From Hydrogenophaga sp. (GTDB taxonomy: Bacteria > Pseudomonadota > Gammaproteobacteria > Burkholderiales > Burkholderiaceae_C): a DNA stretch of 64,000 nt. The DNA lies in assembly GCA_030696525.1 (NCBI GenBank), contig JAUYSB010000187.1, forward strand, positions 290 to 64,289. The letters run 5' to 3'. Under the pieces are notes generated by a model, which did no database searches, was not told the DNA's origin, and was given only the letters and a program-made list of their open reading frames with translations. Made by a program: the position numbers and the translations under genes. Shown one piece after another: positions 49,203 to 59,539 of this stretch; position 1 is the first letter of the stretch, and every line of letters starts with the position of its first letter.

Positions 49203-50792
49203 ATGAACACCACATCCGGATTCTTCCGACTGGCCGCTGCGAGCGCCTGCCTTTTTGTGCTCCAGGCCCATGCGCAGTTCGACCCCGCCAAGGTCAGGCT
49301 GCAGCCACCGCCGGTGGAGGCGCGCTTTCCGCCTCCGGCCGTGATCTACGACACGCCCGCCTTTGATGCGCCGCAGGTCGGCTTCACGAGCTACGAACAA
49401 ATGATGGCGCGCTTGCAGGCCTTGCAGACGCGACCCAACGTTCGGCTGGAGACCGTGGGCACCAGCGAGCAGGGCCGGGCGCTGCCGCTGGTCTTGCTGG
49501 CGCACGGCGCGCGCTTTGATGCCGCCAAGCCGACCTTGATGCTGGTGGCCCAACAGCACGGCAACGAACCGGCGCCGGGCGAGGCCGTTCTGGTGCTGCT
49601 GGAGCGCTGGAGTGCGCCCGAGCGTGCGCAGCTGCTGCGGCAGGTCAATGTCGTTGCACTGCCTCGCGCCAACCCGGACGGGGCGGCTTTGTTCAAGCGC
49701 GCCAACGCCCACGACGTGGACCTCAACCGGGACCACCTGCTGTTGCGCACGCCCGAAGCACGCGCACTGGCCACGACGGCGGCGCGCTTTCGTCCGCAGG
49801 TGGTGCTGGACATGCACGAGTTCACCGCGGGCGACCGCTGGGTCACCCGCTATGGGGCCTGGTCCAAGCACGATGTGCTGTTGCAGGCGGCCACCACCGG
49901 CAACCTCGACAGCGGTGTTTACCAGGCCGGCATGGATGACTTTTTGCCAGCGATCCGACAGGCCGTGGCGGCGGCCGGTTTGAGCGAATCGTGGTACCAC
50001 ACCACCACGGCCGATCCGAAAGCGCCGGTGGCGATGGGCGGCGTGCAACCCGACACCTGGCGCAACATCGGCGGCTTGCGCAATGCGGTGAGCATCCTGC
50101 ACGAAACGCGCGGCGTGGGCATAGGCAAACAGAACCTGGCGCGGCGTGTCCATGCCCATGTGGTGGCGGCCGAAGCGCTGGTGCAACGCGTGGCAGCGCG
50201 CGGCCCATCGTTGGTGGATCTGGCGCGGCGAGCCGACCGCGACGTCTCGGCCCGGGCCTGCCAGGGCGACATCGTGGTGGCCGCGCAGCAGACACCGGAG
50301 CGGCGTGAGCTGAGCTTGGTGGACGCCCAGACCGGTGTCGACCGCGCGGAGTTGGTGGACTGGCGTTCGTCGCTGACGCTGAAGGTGGCGCAAACCCGGC
50401 CGCGCCCCTGCGGCTACTGGTTGGCGCCCACAGAGCTGCGCGCTGTTCAGACGCTGCGTGCGCTGGGCGTGCAGGTCAAGCCGCTGGCCAGCCAACACAC
50501 GGTGGCTGTCGAACGCTACGTTTTTGAAAACATCGAAGCCTCGCAGCGGCAGGATGGGCGCGGCGCCATTCAGGACGCTGGCGGTATCGTGAAGGCGAAG
50601 GTCAGCTTGCAGGCCACGCGTCAGCGCCTGCCCGCAGGCGGCTGGTACGTGAGCCTGGCGCAGCCGCTGTCTGGGCTGGTCACGGCCGCGCTCGAGCCCG
50701 ATTCGCAGAGCAGCTACGTGGCGGCGCGCTTGATTGCGGTGCCCCAGCCGGGCGAGAGCGACCGCCTGGTGCGCGTCATGCAGCGCTTGTGA
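49203..50792 (+). CDS. Secreted M14 zinc carboxypeptidase
   Basis: QHGNEP, NPDG, DLNRD, LDMHE; signal peptide. Confidence 0.9.
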   Translation: MNTTSGFFRLAAASACLFVLQAHAQFDPAKVRLQPPPVEARFPPPAVIYDTPAFDAPQVGFTSYEQMMARLQALQTRPNVRLETVGTSEQGRALPLVLLAHGARFDAAKPTLMLVAQQHGNEPAPGEAVLVLLERWSAPERAQLLRQVNVVALPRANPDGAALFKRANAHDVDLNRDHLLLRTPEARALATTAARFRPQVVLDMHEFTAGDRWVTRYGAWSKHDVLLQAATTGNLDSGVYQAGMDDFLPAIRQAVAAAGLSESWYHTTTADPKAPVAMGGVQPDTWRNIGGLRNAVSILHETRGVGIGKQNLARRVHAHVVAAEALVQRVAARGPSLVDLARRADRDVSARACQGDIVVAAQQTPERRELSLVDAQTGVDRAELVDWRSSLTLKVAQTRPRPCGYWLAPTELRAVQTLRALGVQVKPLASQHTVAVERYVFENIEASQRQDGRGAIQDAGGIVKAKVSLQATRQRLPAGGWYVSLAQPLSGLVTAALEPDSQSSYVAARLIAVPQPGESDRLVRVMQRL

Positions 50793-51888
50793 GGCCGTCT
50801 GTGCGGCTGGCCGCCACGGCCGCCGCGATGGCCTGGCCCACCTCCACGGTGTTGGCCGTGCCGCCCATGTCCCGCGTGCGCGGGCCGGTGGCGATCACGT
50901 CTTCGATGCACTGCACGATGCACGCGGCGGCGGCCTCGTGTTGTGCGTCGCCCCGGCCCAGGTGCTGCAGCATCAGCGCGGCCGACCAGATCTGGCCGAT
51001 GGGGTTGGCGATGCCTTGACCGGCGATGTCGGGCGCCGAGCCGTGCACCGGCTCGAACAGCGACGGAAAACGGCGCGTGGGGTTGAGGTTGGCCGAGGGC
51101 GCGATGCCGATGGTGCCGGTGCAGGCCGGGCCCAGGTCGGAGAGGATGTCGCCAAACAGGTTGCTGGCCACCACCACGTCGAACCAGTCCGGGTGCTGGA
51201 CGAAGTGGGCGCACAGGATGTCGATGTGGAATTTTTTCACGCTCACGTCGGGGTAGCGCTTGGCCATCTCGGCCAGGCGCTCGTCCCAGTAGGGCATGGT
51301 GATGGAGATGCCGTTGCTTTTGGTGGCGGCAGTCAGCGACTTGCGCGGGCGGCTGCGCGCCTGCTCGAAGGCGAACTGCAGGATGCGGTCCACGCCCCGG
51401 CGGGTGAAGATGGACTCCTGAATCGCCATCTCGTTCTCGCTGCCTTCGAACATGCGCCCGCCCACCGACGAGTATTCGCCCTCGGTGTTCTCACGCACCA
51501 CCAGGAAGTCGATGTCACCCGGTTGGCGGTGGGCCAGCGGCGCGGGCACGCCGCGCATCAGGCGCACGGGGCGCAGGTTGACGTACTGGTCGAAGTCGCG
51601 GCGGATCTTGATGATGGAGCCCCACACCGCTTCGTGGTCGGGCACGATGTCGGGCGTGCCCACGGCGCCGAAGAAGATGGCGTCGTGGCCGCCGATCTGT
51701 GCCTGCCAGTTGTCCGGCATCATGGTGCCGTGCTTGAGGTAGTGCGGGGTGCACCAGTCGTTGAAGTGATCGAACTGGAAGCTGATGCCGAACTTCTTGC
51801 CGGCGGCTTCGAGCACGCGCAGGCCTTCGGGCATGACTTCGGGGCCGATGCCGTCGCCGGGAATGACGGCGATGCGATGGGTGGGCAT
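50776..51888 (-). CDS. Tartrate/D-malate dehydrogenase (decarboxylating)
   Basis: GDGIGPEV, FDQYVNLRP, RENTEGEY, TKSNG, NLFGDILSD, EPVHGSAPDI. Confidence 0.9.
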   Translation of the reverse strand: MPTHRIAVIPGDGIGPEVMPEGLRVLEAAGKKFGISFQFDHFNDWCTPHYLKHGTMMPDNWQAQIGGHDAIFFGAVGTPDIVPDHEAVWGSIIKIRRDFDQYVNLRPVRLMRGVPAPLAHRQPGDIDFLVVRENTEGEYSSVGGRMFEGSENEMAIQESIFTRRGVDRILQFAFEQARSRPRKSLTAATKSNGISITMPYWDERLAEMAKRYPDVSVKKFHIDILCAHFVQHPDWFDVVVASNLFGDILSDLGPACTGTIGIAPSANLNPTRRFPSLFEPVHGSAPDIAGQGIANPIGQIWSAALMLQHLGRGDAQHEAAAACIVQCIEDVIATGPRTRDMGGTANTVEVGQAIAAAVAASRTDGLTSAA

Positions 51889-51966
51889 GGGAACTCCTGA
51901 AAAACGTGGGGGTGAGCCAGACCACCACCCTGGCGGTCCAGGGCGCTGGGCTGATGAAAAAGAAGA

Positions 51967-52842
51967 TCAGCCTTGGGCCAGCAGGCCCACCAACTCGGGC
52001 ACCAGCTTGCGCGGGCCGCCTTGTTGAACGGCGTGGTCGTAGGTGCCGGCCACGGCGTCGGCGATGGCGTGTTGCGCCGAGGCGTCGGTGGCCATGTTGA
52101 CGTAGTAGCCCAGGTCCTTGAGCGCGTTGCTCATGAAAAACTGCAGGCCGCTCGGGTCTTCGTTGAGCAGGTAGGGTTTGAGGCGCTCCAGCGCGATGCC
52201 GGCACCGCCGCCGGTGGCCAGCACCTCCACCAGCACCGGCATGGCAATGCCGCCGCGCTGGGCGCAGGCGGCGGCCTCGGCCAGCAGGGCCACCGAGCCC
52301 AGCGAGACGAAGTTGTGCAGCAGCTTCATGCGGTGGCCCGAGCCGGTGCCGCCGGTGCGCACGATGTTCTCAGCGAAACATTGCAGCACCGGCAAGACCT
52401 CGGTGATGTCGGCATCGGCGCCGCCCACCAGCAGGTTGAGCTTGCCGTCGTGCGCGTGTTGCACTGAGCGGGTCATGGGCGCGTCCACAAAGCGGCCGCC
52501 GCGCTCGTGCACCAGGGCTGCCATGCGTTCGCTGGAGGTGGGGATGGCGGTCGAGCAATCGACCACGATGGCGCCCGGGCGCAAGCCCGCGAGCACACCA
52601 TCGTCGCCGGTCAGCACCGCTTCCACTTCGGGCGAGCCGGTGACACACAGGATGAGCACATCGCTGGCCTGGGCCACGGCCCGGGCGCTGGCCTGGGTGG
52701 TGGCGCCGCCGGCCAGCAGTTCGGTCAGCGGCTGGTTGCCGGGGTGTTCGAGCGCGGTGAGGGCGAAGCCGTGCTTGAGCACGTTGCGCGCGATGCCATG
52801 CCCCATCATGCCCACGCCGATGATGCCTACTGTTGCTTTCAT
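51967..52842 (-). CDS. Beta-hydroxyacid dehydrogenase family oxidoreductase
   Basis: GIIGVGMMG, VDCST, DAPM, MKLLHN, KDL. Confidence 0.88.
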   Translation of the reverse strand: MKATVGIIGVGMMGHGIARNVLKHGFALTALEHPGNQPLTELLAGGATTQASARAVAQASDVLILCVTGSPEVEAVLTGDDGVLAGLRPGAIVVDCSTAIPTSSERMAALVHERGGRFVDAPMTRSVQHAHDGKLNLLVGGADADITEVLPVLQCFAENIVRTGGTGSGHRMKLLHNFVSLGSVALLAEAAACAQRGGIAMPVLVEVLATGGGAGIALERLKPYLLNEDPSGLQFFMSNALKDLGYYVNMATDASAQHAIADAVAGTYDHAVQQGGPRKLVPELVGLLAQG

Positions 52843-52962
52843 GTGTCTCCGTTCAACTGATCAGGTGTCAACCCAACACTGTACGGAGCCTGGCGTGGTC
52901 TGGCCAGTGCGACTTCGCGAACCGGTACTTGCAAAAAACGCAAGTCCCAGGTGCGACCGTGT

Positions 52963-53661
52963 TCAGACCAGGCCGGTGACCGGGATGGACGCGCCGTGGA
53001 TGGCGCGTGCGCCGTCGGAGCCGAGGAAGGTGATCACCTCGGCCAGGGCGGCCGGTGCCACCCACTGGCCGGGGTCGGCGTCCGGCATGGCGGCGCGGTT
53101 GTCGGCGGTGTCGATGATGGAGGGCAAGACGCAGTTGACGTTGATGCCCTGGCCCTTGAGCTCGGCAGACATCGATTCGGTCAGGCGTTGCAACGCGGCC
53201 TTGCTGGCCGCGTAGGCACCCATGTGCGCGCCGCCGCGTTGCGCCCCGAAGGCGCCCACGGTGACGATGCGTCCGCGCCCAGCCGCCAGCATGTGCGGCA
53301 CCACCGCTTCGCCGATGCGCAGAAAGGCCCACACGTTGAGGTCCAGCATGCGCTCCAGCGTTTGTTCGCTGGTGGCGTGCACCGGTTCGCCCATGCCAAA
53401 ACCGCCGGCCAGGTGGCACAAGACGTCGATGCGGCCCATCTGGCCGATGGCGGTTTGCACGGCCTGGCCGGTGCTGGTGGCGTCCAGCAAATCGGCCGTC
53501 AGGCAGAGCTGTTGTGCCGAGTCGGCGCCAAAGGCCTGGCGCAGTGCCTCCGGGTTGCGGTCGAGCAGCACCCGGCGCGCCCCCTGGGCGGCAAAGGCGG
53601 CGGCCACGGCGCGGCCCAGGTGACCGGCGGCGCCGGTGATCAGAACGGTGGGTGCGGTCAT
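52963..53661 (-). CDS. SDR-family oxidoreductase
   Basis: TGAAGHLG, YAASK, INVNCVLP. Confidence 0.92.
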   Translation of the reverse strand: MTAPTVLITGAAGHLGRAVAAAFAAQGARRVLLDRNPEALRQAFGADSAQQLCLTADLLDATSTGQAVQTAIGQMGRIDVLCHLAGGFGMGEPVHATSEQTLERMLDLNVWAFLRIGEAVVPHMLAAGRGRIVTVGAFGAQRGGAHMGAYAASKAALQRLTESMSAELKGQGINVNCVLPSIIDTADNRAAMPDADPGQWVAPAALAEVITFLGSDGARAIHGASIPVTGLV

Positions 53662-53662
53662 G

Positions 53663-54553
53663 TCAGGCTTTCTGCCGTTTGGCGGCGTGGTAGGCGCCGG
53701 TGCCCCGGCTGAACACCTGGTCGGTGGGCAGCACGTCGCCGGGTTGGTGTGCGGCGGCGGCCTGGGTGCGTTCGTACAACGGCGCGAAGTCGATGCGGGT
53801 GAATTCCAGCAACTCGTCCAGGTCGCGGATCACGAAGTAGCTCTCCTGGAAATCGTCGATGCGGTAGTGGGTGCGCATCACCCGCTCCAGGTCGAAACGG
53901 ATGCGGTTGGGGCTGGGGCTGTCCAGGCAGAACTGCGACTCGGTGAACGAGGACGCGATGCCGGCACCGTACAGCCGCAGGCCGTCGCCCTGCTGCAGCA
54001 GGCCAAATTCGATGGTGTACCAATACACGCGTGCCAATTGCGTGAGGTGGCCCAGTTGCTGTGCCCGCAGCCCACCCTGGCCGTAGGCCTGTATGAAATC
54101 GGCAATCGCCGGGTTCATCAGCATGGGCACGTGGCCGAACACGTCGTGGAACACGTCGGGCTCTTCCAGGTAGTCCAGCTCGTGCGGCTTGCGTATGAAG
54201 TTGCCCGACGGAAAACGGCGGTGCGCCAGGTGGTCGAAAAACACCTCGTCGGGCACGAGGCCGGGCACGGCCACCACCTGCCAGCCGGTGCGCTGTTGCA
54301 ACACCTCGTTGAGTTGCGCGAAGTTGGGGATTTCGTCGGCGCGCATGGGCAGGTCGCGCATGCCGGCCACGAACTCGTCGCAGGCGCGGCCCGGCAACAG
54401 CTTGCTCTGGCGTTCGAACAGGGTTTTCCAGGTCGCGTGGTCGGCGGCACTGTAACGTTCCCAGCCCTGGGGAATGGTCCAGTCAGGGCTGTTGGGGCGG
54501 CCGGCGTCGCCAGCAGCCAGACCGTGTTTTTCGACTTGAAGGTCGGCTTGCAT
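53663..54553 (-). CDS. phhA: Phenylalanine 4-monooxygenase
   Basis: DYLEEPDVFHDVFGHVP, YWYTIEFGL, YGAGIASS. Confidence 0.96.
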   Translation of the reverse strand: MQADLQVEKHGLAAGDAGRPNSPDWTIPQGWERYSAADHATWKTLFERQSKLLPGRACDEFVAGMRDLPMRADEIPNFAQLNEVLQQRTGWQVVAVPGLVPDEVFFDHLAHRRFPSGNFIRKPHELDYLEEPDVFHDVFGHVPMLMNPAIADFIQAYGQGGLRAQQLGHLTQLARVYWYTIEFGLLQQGDGLRLYGAGIASSFTESQFCLDSPSPNRIRFDLERVMRTHYRIDDFQESYFVIRDLDELLEFTRIDFAPLYERTQAAAAHQPGDVLPTDQVFSRGTGAYHAAKRQKA

Positions 54554-54566
54554 CGCGGGCTCCTGT

Positions 54567-54875
54567 TCAGGCGGCAGCGGCGCTGCGGCGTGCGAAAGCC
54601 TGGTCGGCCAGGCAGGCCCAGTCGATGTCCAGCGTGGACAAGCCACCGGCGTCGTGGGTGGTCAACGTCACGTCCAGGCGGTTGTAGACGTTGAACCACT
54701 CGGGGTGGTGGTTCATGCGCTCGGAGACGGTGGCCATTTCGGCCATGAAGCCGAAGGCCTGGGCGAAGTCGTCGAAGCGGAAGGTGCGCGTGATCTTGCC
54801 GGCGGCAAGGTCGGCGCGCCACAGGGGCAGGGTGGCCAGCAAAGCGGGTGCGCTGGCGGGATCGAGGGGGCTCAT
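54567..54875 (-). CDS. phhB: Pterin-4a-carbinolamine dehydratase
   Basis: AFGFM...NHHPEWFNVYN...LTTHDAGGLS; adjacent to phhA. Confidence 0.95.
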   Translation of the reverse strand: MSPLDPASAPALLATLPLWRADLAAGKITRTFRFDDFAQAFGFMAEMATVSERMNHHPEWFNVYNRLDVTLTTHDAGGLSTLDIDWACLADQAFARRSAAAA

Positions 54876-54980
54876 GGTCTGTCTCCGTGGACTGTTCAAT
54901 GGTGTGCAGTTTGCGCCGATTGGGGGACAATTTGTTTGCGTTCTGGGCCACATTGCCCCAATCACACAAAGGTTTCTCTC

Positions 54981-55478
54981 ATGAAAGAAGAAAAAAGCGA
55001 AGATTCCTTGCAGGACCGTGCACTGGACCGCGTGGACCGCCGCATCCTGGCCGCCTTGCAGGCCAATGGCCGCATCAGCAACCAGGAGCTGGCCGCCAGC
55101 GTGCACCTGTCGGCGGCGCAATGCAACCGGCGCCACCGCCGGCTCGAACGCCTGGGCTACGTGAAGTGCTACGAGGCGCGGCTGGACGCCGACCGCCTGG
55201 GCCTGGGCGTGACGGCCTTCGTCCACATCACCATGGAGCGCGGCCAGTTCAAGGAGGTGCTCAAATTCCAGCGCACCATCGAGCGCATGCCCGAAATCCT
55301 GGAGTGCCACGCCGTCACCGGCGACTTCGACTACGTTTGCAAGGTCGTGGCCAGCGACCTCAAGAGCCTGTCCAACTTTCTGCTCGGCACGCTGGCGCAG
55401 CTGCCCGGTGTCAACGGCGTGCGCTCCAGCATCTGCCTGAACGAACTCAAATGCACCAGTGCGTTGCCGCTGGAGTGA
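54981..55478 (+). CDS. Lrp/AsnC-family regulator, divergent from phhBA
   Basis: LDRVDRRILAALQANGRISNQELA; ECHAVTGDFDY. Confidence 0.93.
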   Translation: MKEEKSEDSLQDRALDRVDRRILAALQANGRISNQELAASVHLSAAQCNRRHRRLERLGYVKCYEARLDADRLGLGVTAFVHITMERGQFKEVLKFQRTIERMPEILECHAVTGDFDYVCKVVASDLKSLSNFLLGTLAQLPGVNGVRSSICLNELKCTSALPLE

Positions 55479-55544
55479 GGCGCCGGGGAACTTGACCGTT
55501 TCCTTGCGCTCCACCTGAATGTTCACTCCCCCACAGGCCCATTC

Positions 55545-56450
55545 GTGTTACGCAGAACCCTCTTGTCCGCCGGCGCCCTGAGCGCCATGGCCACCATGGC
55601 CACCCACACCAGCCCGCTCGCTGCCGCCACCTGGGACCACCTCAAAGCCTTGCCCCGGAGCCCGCGCCTGCCGGTGCTGTTCCTGGGCCATGGCAGCCCC
55701 ATGAACGCCATCGAGGACAACGCCTACCGGCGCAGCTGGCAGGCGCTCGGCGCGGCGTTTGGGGACAAGTACCCCCGGCCCAGCCTGGTGCTGTGTGTGT
55801 CGGCGCATTGGCTCACCCAGGGCTGGTGGCTGACCGGCATGGACCAACCCAAGACCATCCACGACTTCGGTGGTTTTCCGCAGGCCTTGTTCGATCAGCG
55901 GTTTCCCGCGCCCGGCGCACCGGCGGCCGCGCGCGAGATTGCGCGAGGCATCACTACGCCCGCCGTTGGCCTGGACACCCGCGAGTGGGGCTTCGATCAC
56001 GGCTCCTGGTCGGTGCTCAAGCCCATGTTCCCCAACGCCGACGTGCCGGTGATCCAGCTCAGCATGGACTACAGCCGCCCGCCCCACGAGCACTTCGCCC
56101 TGGGCCGCGAGCTCAAGGCCTTGCGCGAGCGGGGTGTGCTCATCGTCGGCAGCGGCAACATCGTGCACAACCTGCGCCGCACGCAGCGAGGTGCTTCGGC
56201 CATGCAGGCCCACGACTGGGCGCTGGACTTTGACCAGCGCTTGACGCGCCAGTTGCAGGACGGCGCGCTGGGCGCACTGGCGGATTTTCAGTCGTTCGGT
56301 GAAGTCGCCCGCCTGGCCCACCCGACCTGGGAACACTACCTGCCGCTGCTGCACGCCGCCGGCGCGGTGGATGCGGGCGAACCGCTGCGCTTCTTCAACA
56401 CCAGCTACCAGTCGGCGTCCATCTCCATGCGTTCGGTGGTGTGGGGCTGA
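55545..56450 (+). CDS. ygiD: 4,5-DOPA extradiol dioxygenase (LigB class III)
   Basis: FLGHGSPMNA, SAHW, HDFGGFP, GFDHG, GSGNIVHNL, HPTWEHYLPL. Confidence 0.88.
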   Translation: MLRRTLLSAGALSAMATMATHTSPLAAATWDHLKALPRSPRLPVLFLGHGSPMNAIEDNAYRRSWQALGAAFGDKYPRPSLVLCVSAHWLTQGWWLTGMDQPKTIHDFGGFPQALFDQRFPAPGAPAAAREIARGITTPAVGLDTREWGFDHGSWSVLKPMFPNADVPVIQLSMDYSRPPHEHFALGRELKALRERGVLIVGSGNIVHNLRRTQRGASAMQAHDWALDFDQRLTRQLQDGALGALADFQSFGEVARLAHPTWEHYLPLLHAAGAVDAGEPLRFFNTSYQSASISMRSVVWG

Positions 56451-56510
56451 AACGCCCTCGGTGGCAGGCCACCGGCAGGCCGCCACCCCATGGCCTTTAA
56501 AATCGGCGAG

Positions 56511-56603
56511 ATGTTTTCACAGCAAGCCCGCCTGAATTCGCCCGTCCACTTCCGTGGTTCGGCGCTCCCGCGCGGACACTTCCAGTCGGTCACGCCGCCT
56601 TGA
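56511..56603 (+). promoter_or_regulatory. Candidate leader peptide (30-aa uORF) upstream of the SulP gene
   Basis: ATG 56511 to TGA 56603: [30 protein letters not shown]; below the ORF-track length cutoff. Confidence 0.4.
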
Positions 56604-56715
56604 CGTCGCGCAGCGCGCTCTCGCGCGCTTGATCTGTGCGCGCCTGGCCGACGCCTGCCTCGCCGCGCCTTCTCCCTTTTTTGATTTTCCCCGCCCTGCA
56701 GCGGGGCGTTCCCGC

Positions 56716-58197
56716 ATGAACCTGCACACACTCCGACAGGACTGGTTGTCCAACGTCCGCAACGATCTGCTCGCCGGCCTGGTGGTCGCGCTGGCCCTGA
56801 TTCCCGAGGCGATTGCGTTTTCCATCATCGCCGGTGTTGACCCCAAAGTGGGCCTGTACGCCTCGTTCTGCATTGCGGTCGTGATCGCCGTCGTGGGCGG
56901 GCGCCCGGGCATGATCTCGGCCGCCACCGGTGCCATGGCGCTGGTCATGGTCACGCTGGTCAAGTCGCATGGCCTCGAGTACCTGCTGGCGGCCACGGTG
57001 CTCACCGGCGTGTTGCAGATCGTGGCTGGCTGGGTCAAGCTGGCCGAGCTGATGCGTTTTGTGTCGCGCTCGGTGGTCACGGGCTTTGTCAACGCGCTGG
57101 CCATCCTGATCTTCATGGCCCAGTTGCCCGAACTGACCAACGTGAGCTGGCATGTGTACGCCATGACTGCCGCGGGCCTGGCCATCATCTATGGTCTGCC
57201 CTACATCACCAAGGCCGTGCCCTCGCCGCTGGTGACCATCGTGGTGCTCACGGCGGTGGCCATCTACCTCGACCTGGACATCCGCACCGTGGGCGACATG
57301 GGCGAGCTGCCCGACAGCCTGCCGCTCTTCCTGCTGCCCAATGTGCCGCTGACGCTGGAGACCCTGTGGATCATCCTGCCCTATTCGCTCACGCTGATGG
57401 TGGTGGGCCTGCTGGAGTCGCTGATGACCGCCACCATCGTGGACGACCTGACCGACACCAAAAGCGACAAGGACCGCGAATGCCGTGGGCAGGGCATGGC
57501 CAACATCGCCGCCGGGTTTCTGGGCGGCATGGCGGGCTGCGCCATGATCGGTCAGTCTGTCATCAACGTGAAGTCGGGAGGGCGCGGGCGCCTGTCCACG
57601 TTCTCGGCGGGCGTGTTCCTGCTGTTGCTGTTGCTGTTCCTGAGCGACTGGGTGGCGCGCATCCCCATGGCCGCCCTGGTGGCGGTGATGATCATGGTGT
57701 CCATCGGCACCTTCAACTGGGGTTCCATCAAAAACCTGCGCGAGCACCCCACAAGCTCCAGCGTGGTCATGCTGGCCACCGTCGTCGTGACCGTGGCCAC
57801 CCACGACCTGGCCAAGGGCGTGCTCACCGGCGTGCTGCTCTCAGGCTTCTTTTTCGCGCACAAGGTGGGGCAGATCCTGCGGGTGCGCTCATTGGCCGAA
57901 GACGAGGGCCGAGCGCGCAGCTACCAGGTCAGCGGCCAGGTGTTTTTTGCCACCGCAGAGCGTTTCATCAACGCCTTTGACTACAAAGAGGTGATCGACC
58001 GCGTGCGCATTGATGTGAGCCGGGCGCACTTCTGGGACATCACCGCCGTGAGCGCGCTCGACAAGGTGGTGCTCAAGTTCCGGCGCGAAGGTGCGGAGGT
58101 CGAGGTGATCGGTCTGAACGAGGCCAGCGCCACCCTGGTCGACAAGTTCGGCGTGCACGACAAAGACGGCGCCGACGACGTGCTGATGGGCCACTGA
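56716..58197 (+). CDS. SulP-family anion transporter with STAS domain
   Basis: [34 protein letters not shown]; C-terminal STAS. Confidence 0.94.
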   Translation: MNLHTLRQDWLSNVRNDLLAGLVVALALIPEAIAFSIIAGVDPKVGLYASFCIAVVIAVVGGRPGMISAATGAMALVMVTLVKSHGLEYLLAATVLTGVLQIVAGWVKLAELMRFVSRSVVTGFVNALAILIFMAQLPELTNVSWHVYAMTAAGLAIIYGLPYITKAVPSPLVTIVVLTAVAIYLDLDIRTVGDMGELPDSLPLFLLPNVPLTLETLWIILPYSLTLMVVGLLESLMTATIVDDLTDTKSDKDRECRGQGMANIAAGFLGGMAGCAMIGQSVINVKSGGRGRLSTFSAGVFLLLLLLFLSDWVARIPMAALVAVMIMVSIGTFNWGSIKNLREHPTSSSVVMLATVVVTVATHDLAKGVLTGVLLSGFFFAHKVGQILRVRSLAEDEGRARSYQVSGQVFFATAERFINAFDYKEVIDRVRIDVSRAHFWDITAVSALDKVVLKFRREGAEVEVIGLNEASATLVDKFGVHDKDGADDVLMGH

Positions 58198-58210
58198 AAG
58201 GACACACACC

Positions 58211-59080
58211 ATGGACACGAAAAACGACAACAAGGTGCTGGCCTGTGTGGACCAGTCGCCCTACGCCGATGTGATCGGTGACTACGCCGCCTGGGCCGCC
58301 CAACGCATGGGGGCACCGCTGGAGTTGCTGCATGTGATCGACCGCCACCCCGAGGTGGGCAGTGGACACGACCACAGCGGCGCCATCGGGATCAACGCAC
58401 AGGAAAAACTGCTGGCCGAACTGGCGGCCGATGACCAGGCCAAAGCCCGCAGCGCGCGCGAGGCCGGGCGTGTGTTCCTCAACCGCTTGCGCCTGCGCGC
58501 GATAGACGCCGGTGTGGGCGTTGTGGACATGCGCCAGCGCTATGGCACGCTGGACGAGACCCTGGCCGAGCAGGAGGCCGGCGTGCGCCTGATCGTCATG
58601 GGCCGGCGCGGCGCCTCGGCCGACGCCTCCCAGCGCGACCTGGGCCGCAACGTGGAACGCACCGTGCGCGCCCTGCACAAACCCATCCTCACCGTTACCG
58701 AAGCCTTCACACCGCCGCGACGCGTGCTGATCGCGTTCGACGGCGGCGCCATGGCGCGCAAGGGTGTGGACATGGTGGCCGGGAGCCCGCTGTTCAGTGG
58801 CCTGCCCATCCACCTGCTGATGACCGGCCAGCCCGGCGCAGATGGCCCCCGGCAGATGGAATGGGCGCGCACGCAATTGCAAGCGGCGGGCTTTGAGGTG
58901 CATACGATGATCGAGCCTGGCGACACCGAAAGCACCATTGCGCGTGCCATCGACTCACACGGCATCGACCTGCTGGTGATGGGCGCCTACAGCCACTCGC
59001 CGCTGCGCAGTTGGCTGCGCGGCAGCAAGACCACCGATCTGCTGCGCGCCGCGCGCATTCCCACGCTGCTGTTGCGCTGA
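58211..59080 (+). CDS. Tandem universal stress protein
   Basis: [31 protein letters not shown]. Confidence 0.92.
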   Translation: MDTKNDNKVLACVDQSPYADVIGDYAAWAAQRMGAPLELLHVIDRHPEVGSGHDHSGAIGINAQEKLLAELAADDQAKARSAREAGRVFLNRLRLRAIDAGVGVVDMRQRYGTLDETLAEQEAGVRLIVMGRRGASADASQRDLGRNVERTVRALHKPILTVTEAFTPPRRVLIAFDGGAMARKGVDMVAGSPLFSGLPIHLLMTGQPGADGPRQMEWARTQLQAAGFEVHTMIEPGDTESTIARAIDSHGIDLLVMGAYSHSPLRSWLRGSKTTDLLRAARIPTLLLR

Positions 59081-59098
59081 GCGTCCTGGCGTGTTCAC

Positions 59099-59476
59099 TC
59101 AGGGCTTGGCCAGGTGCCAGACCGAGCGCACGCCTTCGCCCTTGCGGTCGCCCGGCTGTTTGTCGTCCACCCACTGGAACAGCGGCATGGACTTGTAGGT
59201 CCATTGCCGCTTGCCGTCTTCGCGGGTGATGAAGCCTTGGTCGCCGGTGGCCTTGGCGTCGGCAGCAGCCAGGTAGGGTGTCCACAACATCAGGCAAGGG
59301 CCGTAGCACACGGTCTTGCCGGGCGTGGTCTTGTCGTTGTCGTTGCTGTAGAGGCTCATGCCGGCGGGGGTGGTCAACACGCCGTCTTTGGCCACCGGCT
59401 GCGCGCTCACAACCGGGGCGCACAACAGGGCAGACACAAGGCAAAGGCCGGGCAGCGAGGTGGGCAGCGTTTTCAT
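59099..59476 (-). CDS. Secreted repeat protein (COG4315-like)
   Basis: GMSLY..D.D, CYGPC..WTPY, REDGKRQWTYK..PL, D.KPGD..GEG..VW. Confidence 0.85.
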   Translation of the reverse strand: MKTLPTSLPGLCLVSALLCAPVVSAQPVAKDGVLTTPAGMSLYSNDNDKTTPGKTVCYGPCLMLWTPYLAAADAKATGDQGFITREDGKRQWTYKSMPLFQWVDDKQPGDRKGEGVRSVWHLAKP

Positions 59477-59539
59477 CGAAGTCTCCAGGGAAGGGGACTT
59501 CATCTTGTGCCTGTTGCGCCCTTCGGGCCTTGACACAGG

